64,000 nt of DNA. Origin: Octopus bimaculoides (Eukaryota). Under the pieces are notes generated by a model, which was not told the DNA's origin, did not search any database, and saw only the letters and a list, made by a program, of their open reading frames with translations. Positions 26,955-38,866 of this stretch are shown piece by piece. The position numbers and the translations under genes are program-made. Numbering within the stretch: the stretch's first letter is position 1; every line of letters begins with the position of its first letter. The stretch spans positions 149,613,999 to 149,677,998 of the forward strand of contig NC_068982.1 in NCBI RefSeq assembly GCF_001194135.2, written 5' to 3'.

Positions 26955-27160
26955 ATAATCCTTTCTATTATAGGCACAAGGCCTGGAATTTGGGGGAGGG
27001 GGTAATCGATTACATTGATGCTAGTACGTAACTGGTACTTAAATTATCGAACCCAAAAGGATGAAAAGCAAGGTTTACCTCGGCGGAATTTGAACTCAGA
27101 ATGTAAGAGACGAAATGCCACTAAGCATTTTGCCTGGCATGCTAACAATTCTGCCTGTTC
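26955..27160 (-). mobile_element. SINE family B, short-tailed form
   Basis: ggcacaaggcctggaatttgggg...ctcggcggaatttgaactcagaa...gctaacaattctgcc. Confidence 0.75.
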
Positions 27161-28176
27161 ACTACTCTACTATCTGTTGTAATAATGATGGTGTTGCAAC
27201 TGCTGCTTCTAGTGGTGGTGAGGGTGGTGGTGGTGGTGGTGGTGGTGGTTTAGTAGATGATGATGACAAAGAAGGAGGAGGAGGAGGGGAAAAGAAGAAG
27301 AAGAAGAAGAAGACTATTGTATTCACCTAAATTTTTATATCATTTGGTCATTATTACAAACTTGTTACATTAAGAGTTTGGGCTTTAGTTTATAATTTAC
27401 CATTATAAAGAATATAAGGAGTTTATTGAAGAAAATTCAGTTTCTAAATTGTCAGATTGAAAAATCCTGTTAAAGTTAATGTGTTCATACAACACAAGCC
27501 ATCCATATGATTAATTTTTTTTCTTCCCTTCCTCATAGATACTCCTTAATATCATAACAGAAATGCAGAAAATCAGCGAAGAAAAATTTTCTTCAGCTTC
27601 TGCAACATTTTATTTTTATTTTCCTGACAATAGTAGAGATCTTTGTATGTATCAGGATAAATTTCATGTTCAGCTGAGTTAAACTATTAATTCTAAGTCT
27701 TTATATTTTAGGATATACATTTTTTATGTTTGGGATGATTGGAAAATCACATATAGCATTTTTAACTCGTACTTTCTTTCAGTCATTCTATAACTTCCTA
27801 CTGAGTAATTTCACATTTTCTGAAGACCTTCTACTGTTGTTAAAGCAACCAATAATTTGTTCTTAGCCTCACACCTAATAACCTTTAGCAATTAAGATAA
27901 TTAGTATATATTTGTAGATTTTGCCATTCACTATTTATGTCATATTGTTTACTCATACGTGGCCACAGAGAGAGAGAGAGAGAGAGAGAAATTCCCTTCA
28001 TACTTACTGCTGCTCTTGTCCTTGTTGCTAGTTTTGTTGACTAGCCCTGAGTCAACCTTGATTGAGTACATCTATGATTAAAGTGGTTCAGGATTTGGCT
28101 ATCCATTCCTTTATTTTCTTCTTTCCAGGTATAAAATGCCCAGAACAATTTTATTCAATGTGCACACACTCTACAC

Positions 28177-28267
28177 CAGTGTATTTTCAAAATTTCTTTG
28201 TCCCGACCTATTTTATTTAATCTTGCAACCCATTGAAGGGTCAAGACCCACAGTTTGAAAAACGCTG
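28177..28267. mobile_element. 91-bp hAT MITE with perfect 8-bp TSD
   Basis: CAGTGTATTTTCAAA...TTTGAAAAACGCTG flanked by ctctacac at 28169-28176 and 28268-28275. Confidence 0.85.
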
Positions 28268-28529
28268 CTCTACACAATCAATATCCTAGAAAATAAGACA
28301 GCTTAAATGATAGATTTCCTACTCAAGAAACAAACAAAACACTAAATTCCTGAAACAACAAAACTAACACCACATGGCAGGAAATTATTTATGACTTATC
28401 AACCCCTTGTCACTCACTCCATGAGTACCACAAGAAAATAATGCTGAAAACCCTTAAGGAATATGGAGGAACACCTGGTAGTGAGGTAAAAGTTTACATA
28501 AAACTAAAGAAAACAAAATAATAGTAATC

Positions 28530-28920
28530 TCTTTTTTTATTTTTACTTGTTTCAGTCATTTGACTGTGGTCATGCTGGAGCACCGCCTTTAGTCGAGCAA
28601 GTCGACCCCGGGACTTATTCTTTGTAAGCCTAGTACTTACTCTATCGGTCTCTTTTGCCAAACCGCTAAGTTATGGGGATGCAAACACACCAGCATCAGT
28701 TGTCAAGTGATGTTGGGAGGACAAACACAGACACATATATATATACATATATATATACAACGGACTTCTTTCAGTTTCCGTCTACTAAATTCACTCACAA
28801 GGTTTTGATCGGCCCGAGGCTATAGTGGAAGACACTTGCCCAAGGTGCCACACACTGGGACTGAACCCAGAACCATGTAGTTGGTAAGCAAGCTACTTAC
28901 CACACAGCCACTCCTGCGCC
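28530..28920 (-). mobile_element. SINE family A, full length
   Basis: Reverse complement of 3486-3913 with a shorter internal microsatellite. Confidence 0.85.
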
Positions 28921-29647
28921 TATAATAATCATGATTTTTTTATATAAACATGGGGACTCAATTATATGAATCTCAGTCCTTGACTAGTACTTTATTTCAT
29001 GGAAAAGATGAAATTTTGTAACTGACCTTTGCAAGATTTGAACCCAGAACATAAAGGACCATACCTAAATGCAGCATAGCAATTTATCCGAGACTCTCAG
29101 TTTTCTGCCAATATGTATTTATATGCTTTTCCAAATACACCAAACCAAGCCCTCTATTAGATGTAAAATGAGCTCTCTTCCAAATGGAGTATGGGTTCTC
29201 TGAGAAATTTTTTGTACTGAAGCAAAGTTAAGCATCAGTAAGCAAATTTACTTAATTTACTAATCAGCCATATGTCAGTAAAATCATTAGAGTACATGCT
29301 GACAAGTTGTCAGAGTCATTGCAGTGTATGATAGAATGCTTGCAGTATTTGTTCCAGCTCTCCACACTCTGATTTCAAATCCTGCAGAATCAATCCTTTG
29401 GTAGTGGAGGTTTGGGGGCTCAGTGAACAAAATACCAGACCATGGTTGTGGAATGATGGATTGTCAGAATTGTTAGAACACTAAAATAGGATATTTTGTA
29501 GTATTTGTTCCAAGCATTGCCTTCTGCTGTCAGTGCCTGCAATGCCATTGGTATTAAGCTGTTTTGGCCCTTGCATTTGTCTTTGTCATATCAAGGAAAA
29601 CTGGTTTGGCTTTTAAAATATATCTTTCCTCACTTAAACCTACAACA

Positions 29648-29680
<33 letters not shown>

Positions 29681-30257
29681 NNNNNNNNNNNNNNNNNNNN
29701 NNNNNNNNNNNNNNNNNNNNNNNNNNNNNNNNNNNNNNNNNNNNNNNNNNNNNNNNNNNNNNNNNNNNNNNNNNNNNNNNNNNNNNNNNNNNNNNNNNNN
29801 NNNNNNNNNNNNNNNNNNNNNNNNNNNNNNNNNNNNNNNNNNNNNNNNNNNNNNNNNNNNNNNNNNNNNNNNNNNNNNNNNNNNNNNNNNNNNNNNNNNN
29901 NNNNNNNNNNNNNNNNNNNNNNNNNNNNNNNNNNNNNNNNNNNNNNNNNNNNNNNNNNNNNNNNNNNNNNNNNNNNNNNNNNNNNNNNNNNNNNNNNNNN
30001 NNNNNNNNNNNNNNNNNNNNNNNNNNNNNNNNNNNNNNNNNNNNNNNNNNNNNNNNNNNNNNNNNNNNNNNNNNNNNNNNNNNNNNNNNNNNNNNNNNNN
30101 NNNNNNNNNNNNNNNNNNNNNNNNNNNNNNNNNNNNNNNNNNNNNNNNNNNNNNNNNNNNNNNNNNNNNNNNNNNNNNNNNNNNNNNNNNNNNNNNNNNN
30201 NNNNNNNNNNNNNNNNNNNNNNNNNNNNNNNNNNNNNNNNNNNNNNNNNNNNNNNNN

Positions 30258-30650
30258 AACAGACAAGGACAGGTGGTGTAAATAACAAAAGGATGTATTA
30301 GTATGACGCTCGGGAATACGGAAAGTCTTTGACGTTTCGAGCTACGCTCTTCAACAGAAAGAATGCGGAGACAAGGAGAAAAACACGGAGAGAAAAAAAT
30401 TGAATAGTGTCCAGTCAACGGTCAATCATAATAATGGCTGATCATAACAATGACTGACAGGAAGTTAGAAATTCTTTTTTCAGGAGAGCTAAGAAAAGGG
30501 GGAGATAACAAACGGTGATCGAAGAACGAGGGGCTGTGTGTGGGAGATAGAATGCTGGTGATCTTGACGTATGTAGTGTGAAAATGGGGAAGGGAGAAAG
30601 CACTTGGTCAGTTGTAGTGTGATGCGAGGGTGTTGGGAGGTGGGGATATA
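30258..30650 (-). mobile_element. Penelope-type terminal repeat / UTR fragment next to a gap
   Basis: Minus strand ctgttgaagagcgtagctcgaaacgtcaaagac; homologous to 23901-24098; CpG-rich, so probably young. Confidence 0.5.
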
Positions 30651-30761
30651 TATATATATATAAGCAAGACAGAAGGAAAATGCCAATCGTAACTCAATGA
30701 AATAGAAAGAACAAAACAGTATAAAAAGGAATGAGATCCTGAAAATATTCTTTTCTTTTCT

Positions 30762-30958
30762 ACTCTAGGCAGAAGGCCTGAAATTTTGGGGGAGGGGGCC
30801 AGTCTATTAGATCAACCCCAGTACACAACTGGTACTTAATTTATCGACCCCAAAGGAATGAAAGGTAAAGTCGATCTCAGCGGAATATGAACTCAGAACA
30901 TAAAGACAGACGAAATACCACTAAGCATTTCGCCCGGTGTGTTAACGTTTCTACCAGA
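30762..30958 (-). mobile_element. SINE family B
   Basis: Family B core actggtacttaatttatcgacccc...gaactcagaac. Confidence 0.75.
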
Positions 30959-31134
30959 TCAATTGATGAAATAATTGATCCCAGCAATGACATTATGAGT
31001 AAGAAAATCTTTAAAATGAGTGCAATTTTTCACCCAGAAACATGTATATTGAAACAAATGCTTTAAAAACAATATATTGGGACAACAATAATAAAAAATG
31101 AAGCTACAGAAAATAGGCTACAAAAAATCTAAGC

Positions 31135-31330
31135 CAATAGATTTCAAATTTTGGCACAAGGCCAGCAAGTTCAGAGGAGTGGGAGAGCCAGTTACTTATT
31201 TTAGTGACCATAAAAGGATGAAAGGCAAAGTCACCCTTAGTGGAATTTGAACTCGGGACATAAAGAGAGATGAAATGCTGCTAGGCATTTTGCCCAGCAT
31301 ACTAACGACTCTGCCAGCTCACTGTCTTTC
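31135..31330 (-). mobile_element. SINE family B with 11-bp TSD
   Basis: Flanked by aaaatctaagc at 31124-31134 and 31331-31341. Confidence 0.75.
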
Positions 31331-31379
31331 AAAATCTAAGCATATTGGAAAAGTGCATGGAATGAAAATTCAATAACAC

Positions 31380-32100
31380 CACAAACATAGCTGAACATAA
31401 CTAGTAGGGAATTTGCCTATACAAAAGCCTCCTAGCAAGTGAAAGGCTCATAAAACTGTGAAGTACTCTATTTTTTTGCAAAATTATCAAAATAATTAAT
31501 CTCTGCACAGACTTCAATGAATTATTGCAGAGATGAGAATCATCAATATCTGATTCATTACTAGAGGGAAAACAATATAGATTCCCTGAAACAGAAAATC
31601 TAGGGATTACCAAAACTAGGAAATAGTATTGATTACCTACAAACTCTGACAATAAGCTGGTTAATCATAAAGAAGAAAAAAACAATAAAACCTTATCAAG
31701 AGGAACAGAACAGAAACAGAATTGCAAAGGGCTGTATGGATTTAAAGGACAACAATTGGTAACCCAAGCAGTCATTGATGACAGTAAAAAAAATAAAAGT
31801 AAAATCTATCACATAGATTGATTTCTGAAACATCCTTCACAGAATATTGCAATAAAGAATAATGGAAACTTTCTCCTAATAATAAAATAATATCAATAAT
31901 GCCTACCCAAAATGGAAATTACCAATTCAGGATCAATAAAACTCTACTCCCAAAAGATGAAATTTTTAGAGGGATTCCTTATCTCTACTACTCCTCTGTT
32001 TAACACTAACTCCTTAAACCAGATGATTCAAACTGGAAATGTTGACTAATACTATGGACAAGGTGTAAACCATATCCTCTTATAGAAGATTTAAATACTA
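31380..32100 (+). mobile_element. Old R4/Dong-like RT remnant, part 1
   Basis: EQNR..KGLYGFKGQQLV, IF(R)GDSLSLLLLCLTL and NHILLIEDLK resemble EQKGC, GIFQGDSLSPLLFC and HLLYMDDLK. Confidence 0.6.
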
Positions 32101-33294
32101 GCTTCTTTGGCATCTTTCATTTCCATAAGGGGCAGTCCACAACATAAGGAATATTGTGCATCAACACTGACTAATCTTGGTTAAGCACTGGTTTCCTCTC
32201 CCCGCTCACACACAGCCAACTTGATAAGGTTTCATTGCTTTATTTTTATGTTTCAAAAACGTAAAAAATATAATATTTATTCCTGCAGGAAAATTAAAAG
32301 ATTTCAGAGGGATAGCAAAAAGAATGAAATATTTAGCCTTCTCCTTTTATTTTCTACACACCAACAGAAAATAGACAATTTCTGGTTTTATTAGTGCAAT
32401 AATTCAGTAACAGTTAAACAACGTATATTGTTTTTCAGTCCAGGTTTGAGAAAAAATAATAATTTAAGCATGGAATTTACTTCACATCAATTGAAGCAAA
32501 GTTTATGTAATAAATGTGTTATAGAAAATGTAGAAACATTTGTTCATATTTTAGTTAGACAACTGAGTAATGCACTGAAGAAAATGTTCATATTTTCTTG
32601 TTTGTAAGGTCAAATGCTTACAAATAGATAATGGTCAACAGTAAAGAGAATAAGACAAATAATGTATGTGCTTTTAAATTGGTGGGAATAGCGATCAGCA
32701 AATGATTTTTCATTCAGGCAAAAATGTTTAATGATTTGAGACAGTCCAAAGGAAAGCTGATTCTGATCAGTTGAGACAAAAGGAAGAGTTAATTGTTAGC
32801 TAAGAGAGATTGAAGTCAAATATTTTGCTGGTAGTTGCTTCTGAATGAAAGTAGGAACATAGGAAAACAGTTGTGTGCACTTTTTCAATATCCTAAAATG
32901 GCTGACAAACCATTAGTCTTTGATTGGCTAAAATAACACATATAACAAAGATTTCAACTAAAATGTCATCTGAATGAGGTTGGTATACTCTTCTCAAAAC
33001 AAGTAGAATCAAAATTAATCATTTTGAATATAAAATCCTATCAGCTGAGAAAGCTTAGACTCTTATAACTAGCCATTCATTCATTATTTATGTGTGTGTG
33101 TGTGTGTGCGCACGCATGCGTGCGTGCACATGCATGCATGTATGTGTTGGAAAATGAAGTACAACTACAAATCATAAAAGTCAGTGATGTCCAACATTTA
33201 CCTCTTCCTCTACTGTTTCAGTAATGGTCCATGCTTCATTACTAGAGAACAGAACTAGTTCCATGCAAACTTCGAAAAGTATCATTTGAATTCT

Positions 33295-33790
33295 ATTATT
33301 GACTAAAAGCTATATAAGAGATAATGTTCATTGTGAGAACATAGAAGAAACTGTAGTGACAAAGAGAAATGTATAGGATTTAACAAATTTGCTAGAGGTA
33401 TATAAAGAAGAGGAGAATTAATTAAAACAGTAAGTATAGACACCAAAATCAGAAAATTAAGCATAATCAACAATATAATTGTTAAGAGTAGATAAAACTG
33501 ATAAGATTCATTATATGAAAATGAAGGAGCCTATTAAGAAAGAGTAGTATGGAAGAATCAGACTGATATTAAAATCCAAATTCAATGCCAAACATAAGAT
33601 AACGGTTATAAATACACCAGCCATTCTAGTCATAAACTACAGTAATATAATGAAATGGAGGTTAATTGAATTAAAGAACCTAGTTAGGAAAACTAGAAAA
33701 TTTCTCTGAGCCCTTGAGGCCAATACTGACAAAGATAGGATATATCCACTATGTGCATTATCATAAAGCAACTGAAGTAAGTCTTGGTAT
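33295..33790 (+). mobile_element. Old R4/Dong-like RT remnant, part 2
   Basis: MKEPIKKE.YGRIRLILKSKFNAKHKITVINTP...KWRLIELKNLVRKTRKFL, the region that follows YMDDLK in R4/Dong ORFs. Confidence 0.6.
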
Positions 33791-33802
33791 GTAATTAGAA
33801 GC

Positions 33803-34416
33803 AAATGTGCTGGTATGGTCATGTGATGCATATGGACAAGGACAGCTGTGTAAAGAAATGCCAATCTCTAACTGTGAAGGGAACCTGTGGAAAAGGCAGA
33901 CCCAGGTACACATGGGACGAGGTGGTGAAGCATGATCTTCGAATGTTGGGCTTGACAGAGGTGATGATAAATGGCCAAGACCTCTAGTGATATGCTGTGC
34001 TTGAGAAGACTCATCAAGCCAAATGAAATCATGCCAGTGTCATGTGAACAGCACCCGTTAAATTGTAATTGTGGTCATTGCTAGTAGCATGGTCATTGAA
34101 TGTCAGGCCTCATGAAGGCGATGACAAGTGACCAAGACCTTTGGTGATATCTTGTGCCTGAGAAGACTCATCAAGCCAAGTGAAATTGTAGTCATGGCCA
34201 TTGCTGGTGTCATGTAAATGGCATCTGTGCTGCTGGCATGTAAAAGGCACCCATTACACTTCTAGAGTGGTTGATGTTAAGAAGGGCATCCAGCCGTAGA
34301 AACCATGCCAAATCAGACTGGAGTCTGGTGCAGCCCCTCAGCTTACCAGTAACTGTCAAAGCGTCTAACCCATGTCAGCATGGAAAGCAGACATTAAATG
34401 ATGATGATGATGATGA
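33803..34416 (+). mobile_element. RTE LINE C-terminus plus 3' end
   Basis: CWYGHVMHMDKDSCVKKCQSLTVKGTCGKGRPRYTWDEVVKHDLRMLGL; (GAT)n tail. Confidence 0.85.
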
Positions 34417-34426
34417 TATATATATA

Positions 34427-34807
34427 TTCTTTTACTTGTTTCAGTCATGACTATGGCCATGCTGGAGCACCGCCTTTAGTCGAGCAAATCGACTTATTCT
34501 TTGTAATCCTAGTACTTACTCTATCAGTCTCTTTTGCCAAACCACTAAGTTTCAGGGATGTAAACACACCAGCATCGGTTGTTAAGCGATGTTGGGGTGG
34601 ACAAACACAGACACACAAACATACACACACACACACACACATATATAGACAACAGGCTTCTTTCAGTTTCCGTCTGCCAAATCCACTCACAAGGCTTTGG
34701 TTGGCCGCCTGAAGCTATAGTAGAAAACACTTGCCTAAAGTGTCATGCAGTGAGACTGAACCCGGAGTCATGTGGTTGGTAAACAAGCTACTTACCACAC
34801 GGCCACT
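34427..34807 (-). mobile_element. SINE family A, full length, tail-to-tail with the RTE
   Basis: Matches 28530-28920; a further degenerate head lies at ~34840-34990. Confidence 0.85.
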
Positions 34808-35959
34808 ATGAGATATATATACACTGTATATACTATGAGTTTCTTTCAGTTTCCCTCAACCAATTCCACTGACATGTCTTTGATTGGCCCCAGATTATAG
34901 CAGAAACAATTGGCCAAGGTGTCATGCAGTGAGACTGAACTCAGGGGCATGAGGTTAACAAACAAACTTCTTACCATATAGCCATGCCTGTTTCTTATAC
35001 TTAGAAGAAAAAATACCTATTCTGTTTTTATGTAGTTTACATCTGATAGTTTCTGATTTTCTTCTCCTTTCCTGATAATCATTGAACAATTAGAATTATT
35101 TTTCTTTAGAATATTTTTCTGAAATCTTTCTGTTGGTTCTGAATGATCCATTAGTTTTTCTCTAGCCTTAATTCATTAAACTAGTTTTGTTGAAATAAAT
35201 AATCTATTCCTTTTCTGTCTAGTCACAATGAGTATTGAGGTCAACATGAGACATATCAGGAAGCCTTGATGAGAATCTTTGGAAAATGTGAACTTTGAAC
35301 AAATGAATATAAATCTTGATTGCCCTATCCTAATTCCTTTATGGAACTCAATTATAAATGTGAATAAGCAAGATGGTTGGTAGTTAGAGTGAAGGAAAAT
35401 GTTATTTGTGAGACAAAACCAAAATGTTCTTTAATATCCTACAAATAAGAGCTATTTAAGCTCCTAAAAGAAATGCAATTTTCTCATAATCAACATGGGG
35501 TTTAATTATAAAAGCTGCTCACAATTTAGATTAGATTCCATGCAGTGTTTTCTTCTTTGAGAATTAAGGTTTGAGAATATTTAACAGAATAAGACTAATG
35601 AATATTAGCTTAGTCAAGGAAACTGGAAGAAGATTGAAAATTATTGACAGTAAGTGCAGACAATCAAAAGTTCAAGTGAGTGTGTGTACATGTACTCATG
35701 CCTACATGGGAAATGGACATTAAATAATGATGACAATGACAACGATGATGATGATGATGATGATGATGATATATACGTATATATCATCATCATAATCAAC
35801 ATCATTTAATGTCTATGTTCAATGCTGGCATAAGCAAGACAGTTTGAGAGGATCTGCAAGGTCCAAGGATTGCATCATGTTCCATTGTCTACTTTGACAT
35901 GGTTTCAGCTTCTACAACTTTATAGCCCTACTAATGATATATATATATATATATATATA

Positions 35960-36190
35960 TCATCATCATCATCATTTAATATCCATTGTCCATGCTGGCA
36001 TGGGTCAGACAGTTTGAACAGAGCTGGCAAGCAGGAGAGCTGCACCAGGCTCCAGTCTGATCTGGCAATGTTTCTACAGCGGGATGCCCTTCTTAACACC
36101 AACCACTTCACAGAGTGTGATGGATGCTTTTACATGGCACTGTGCAGGCACTTTTACATGCCACTGCATGGGTGCTTTTATGTGGTTCGG
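35960..36190 (-). mobile_element. RTE 3' end
   Basis: (atc)n tail, catgctggcatggg, tttctacagcgggatgcccttc. Confidence 0.7.
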
Positions 36191-36590
36191 CATGGGCAAT
36201 ATGTGTGTGTGTGTTATGTATGTATGTATGTATGTATGTATGATATACACAAATATAAATACATAAATAATCTATGTATGCATATACAACTGAGTTATGC
36301 AAAACAGGTATGCTTGATGCATCTCTTTGCCAAAAGTTACTGTATCAGACAACACACCTGAATTTACAGTACTGAAAGGTTGGTTATATATGCTCTTTAT
36401 GCCAAGGGTTGATAACCAACCTTTCAATTGATTATCAACCCTTGGCACAAAGAGCATATATACACCTATTTATCATCCACAGTCAAATGGGAAAACCAAG
36501 TGAGCTGTCTAAACCATCAAACATGCCTTATCTGCATGGAATCCTATCCACGATGCCATTGTTAAGTTTTGTAATTTGCTTATTTTATAA

Positions 36591-37038
36591 CAAGTGCCAG
36601 TAAGGTGACACTGGTAGCAATCACACTCGAATGGTGTGGTGGCACATAAAAAGCACCATTCGAGTGTGATCGTTACCAACGTCACTTTACTGGCACTTGT
36701 GCCGGTGGCATGTGAAAAACAACATTCGAGCAAGGTCGTTGCCAGTGCCACTGGACTGGCTCCCGTGCAGATGGCACATAAAAAAACACCATTATAGTGT
36801 GGCCATCGCCAGTACCGTCTGACTGGCCCTCATGCCAGTGGCACATAAAAGCACCCACTACACTCTCGGAGTGGTTGGCATTAGGAAGGGCATCCAGCTG
36901 TAGAAACTCTGCCAGATCAGATTGGAGACTGGAGCAGCCTCCTGGCTCGCCAGCCTTCAGTCAAACTGTCCAACCCATGCCAGCATGGAAAGTGGACATT
37001 AATGATGATGATAATGATGATGATGATGATGATGATGA
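36591..37038 (+). mobile_element. RTE 3' UTR and terminus
   Basis: Hairpin modules, then ttaggaagggcatccagctgtagaaac, then (GAT)n. Confidence 0.85.
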
Positions 37039-37098
37039 TAAGCATGCATATAGGAACAAGGATCAAAAAGCCATTAACAGCAAATTTCTATCTTGTTG

Positions 37099-37136
<38 letters not shown>

Positions 37137-37840
37137 GGATATACAAATAGTGATGATGATGTTATAAATAAAACACACACTTATATATATGTATATAGGC
37201 AATCTTTATATTCAACTTAACACAAATGTTTTTCTTAGAATGCCAAATACTGTAGTATTTACCTTTAGAGGACCTCTCATGTGGAAGTACAGTGCATAAA
37301 AAAACACATACTTATATTGCTGGCAGATGAGAATTATTTGCTACAGGCACTGGATTCTTGTCTGCCAACAATATAAATGTATGTGCTTTTATGCATCATG
37401 CATCCATATTGGAGGGTGAAAAACACAGTATTCAGCTTTCTTAAAAAAACGCCCACATTAAGTTGGATAAAAAGGTTGCTTTTTGGTATTAACACTGTTT
37501 CTACTGGTAATGATTAATTTTTAATGTCTGTTGGCTATTTGCAGTATCAGTGCCAGAAAAGTCACTGTAATTCTATATAATCTTGGTAGTGAGATTTGGT
37601 TGGTATGCAGCAAGTAGACAGCTGTCACTGAAGAGGCACTGTATGTCAAAATCACATGATCAGGGAGTTCTGGATCCATAGTAGATGGTTCTTCTCTGCC
37701 AATTATATAAAAATGTGTTTTTATGCCCCATGCATCCATATCAGCATTCTAGCAAAATATCTACATTAAGTTGGATATAAAGATTGCCTTTTGGTACTGA
37801 TACTACTTCTGTTGCTTATAATTAGATGTGTATATATGTG

Positions 37841-37881
<41 letters not shown>

Positions 37882-37906
37882 GCACACACATATATATATA
37901 TATATA

Positions 37907-38120
37907 CTCTTTTACTTGTTTCAGTCATTTGACTGTGGCCATGCTGGAGCACCGCCTTTTTAGTCGAGCAAATCGACCCCAGGACTTATTCTTTGGAAGC
38001 CTAGTACTTATTCTGTCGGTCTCTTTTTGCCGAACTGCTAAGTTACAGGGACATAAACACACCAGCATCGGTTGTCAAGCAATGATGGAGGGACAAACAC
38101 AGACACAAACACACATACAT
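37907..38120 (-). mobile_element. SINE family A, 3' half, running into a gap
   Basis: ctcttttacttgtttcagtcatttgactgtggccatgctggagcaccgcc... Confidence 0.85.
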
Positions 38121-38607
38121 NNNNNNNNNNNNNNNNNNNNNNNNNNNNNNNNNNNNNNNNNNNNNNNNNNNNNNNNNNNNNNNNNNNNNNNNNNNNNNNN
38201 NNNNNNNNNNNNNNNNNNNNNNNNNNNNNNNNNNNNNNNNNNNNNNNNNNNNNNNNNNNNNNNNNNNNNNNNNNNNNNNNNNNNNNNNNNNNNNNNNNNN
38301 NNNNNNNNNNNNNNNNNNNNNNNNNNNNNNNNNNNNNNNNNNNNNNNNNNNNNNNNNNNNNNNNNNNNNNNNNNNNNNNNNNNNNNNNNNNNNNNNNNNN
38401 NNNNNNNNNNNNNNNNNNNNNNNNNNNNNNNNNNNNNNNNNNNNNNNNNNNNNNNNNNNNNNNNNNNNNNNNNNNNNNNNNNNNNNNNNNNNNNNNNNNN
38501 NNNNNNNNNNNNNNNNNNNNNNNNNNNNNNNNNNNNNNNNNNNNNNNNNNNNNNNNNNNNNNNNNNNNNNNNNNNNNNNNNNNNNNNNNNNNNNNNNNNN
38601 NNNNNNN

Positions 38608-38866
38608 GTGCCCCTGGACTGGCTTGTGCGGGTGGCACATAAAAGACACCATTTCGAGCGTGGCCGTTTTCGTGCGGGTGACACGTAAAAGCACCCACTA
38701 CACTCTCTGAGTGGTTGGCGTTAGGAAGGGCATCCAGCTGTAGAAACTCTGCCAAATCAGACTGGAGCCTGGTGTTGCCATCCGGTTTCACCAGTCCTCA
38801 GTCAAATCGTCCAACCCATGCTAGCATGGAAAGCGGACGTTAAACGATGATGATGATGATGATGAT
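38608..38866 (+). mobile_element. Young RTE 3' end
   Basis: Reads identical to positions 51-300. Confidence 0.85.

Noticed and set aside
28280-28510. Possible upstream part of the R4-like element at 31380
   Set aside because: No diagnostic motif could be read with confidence.
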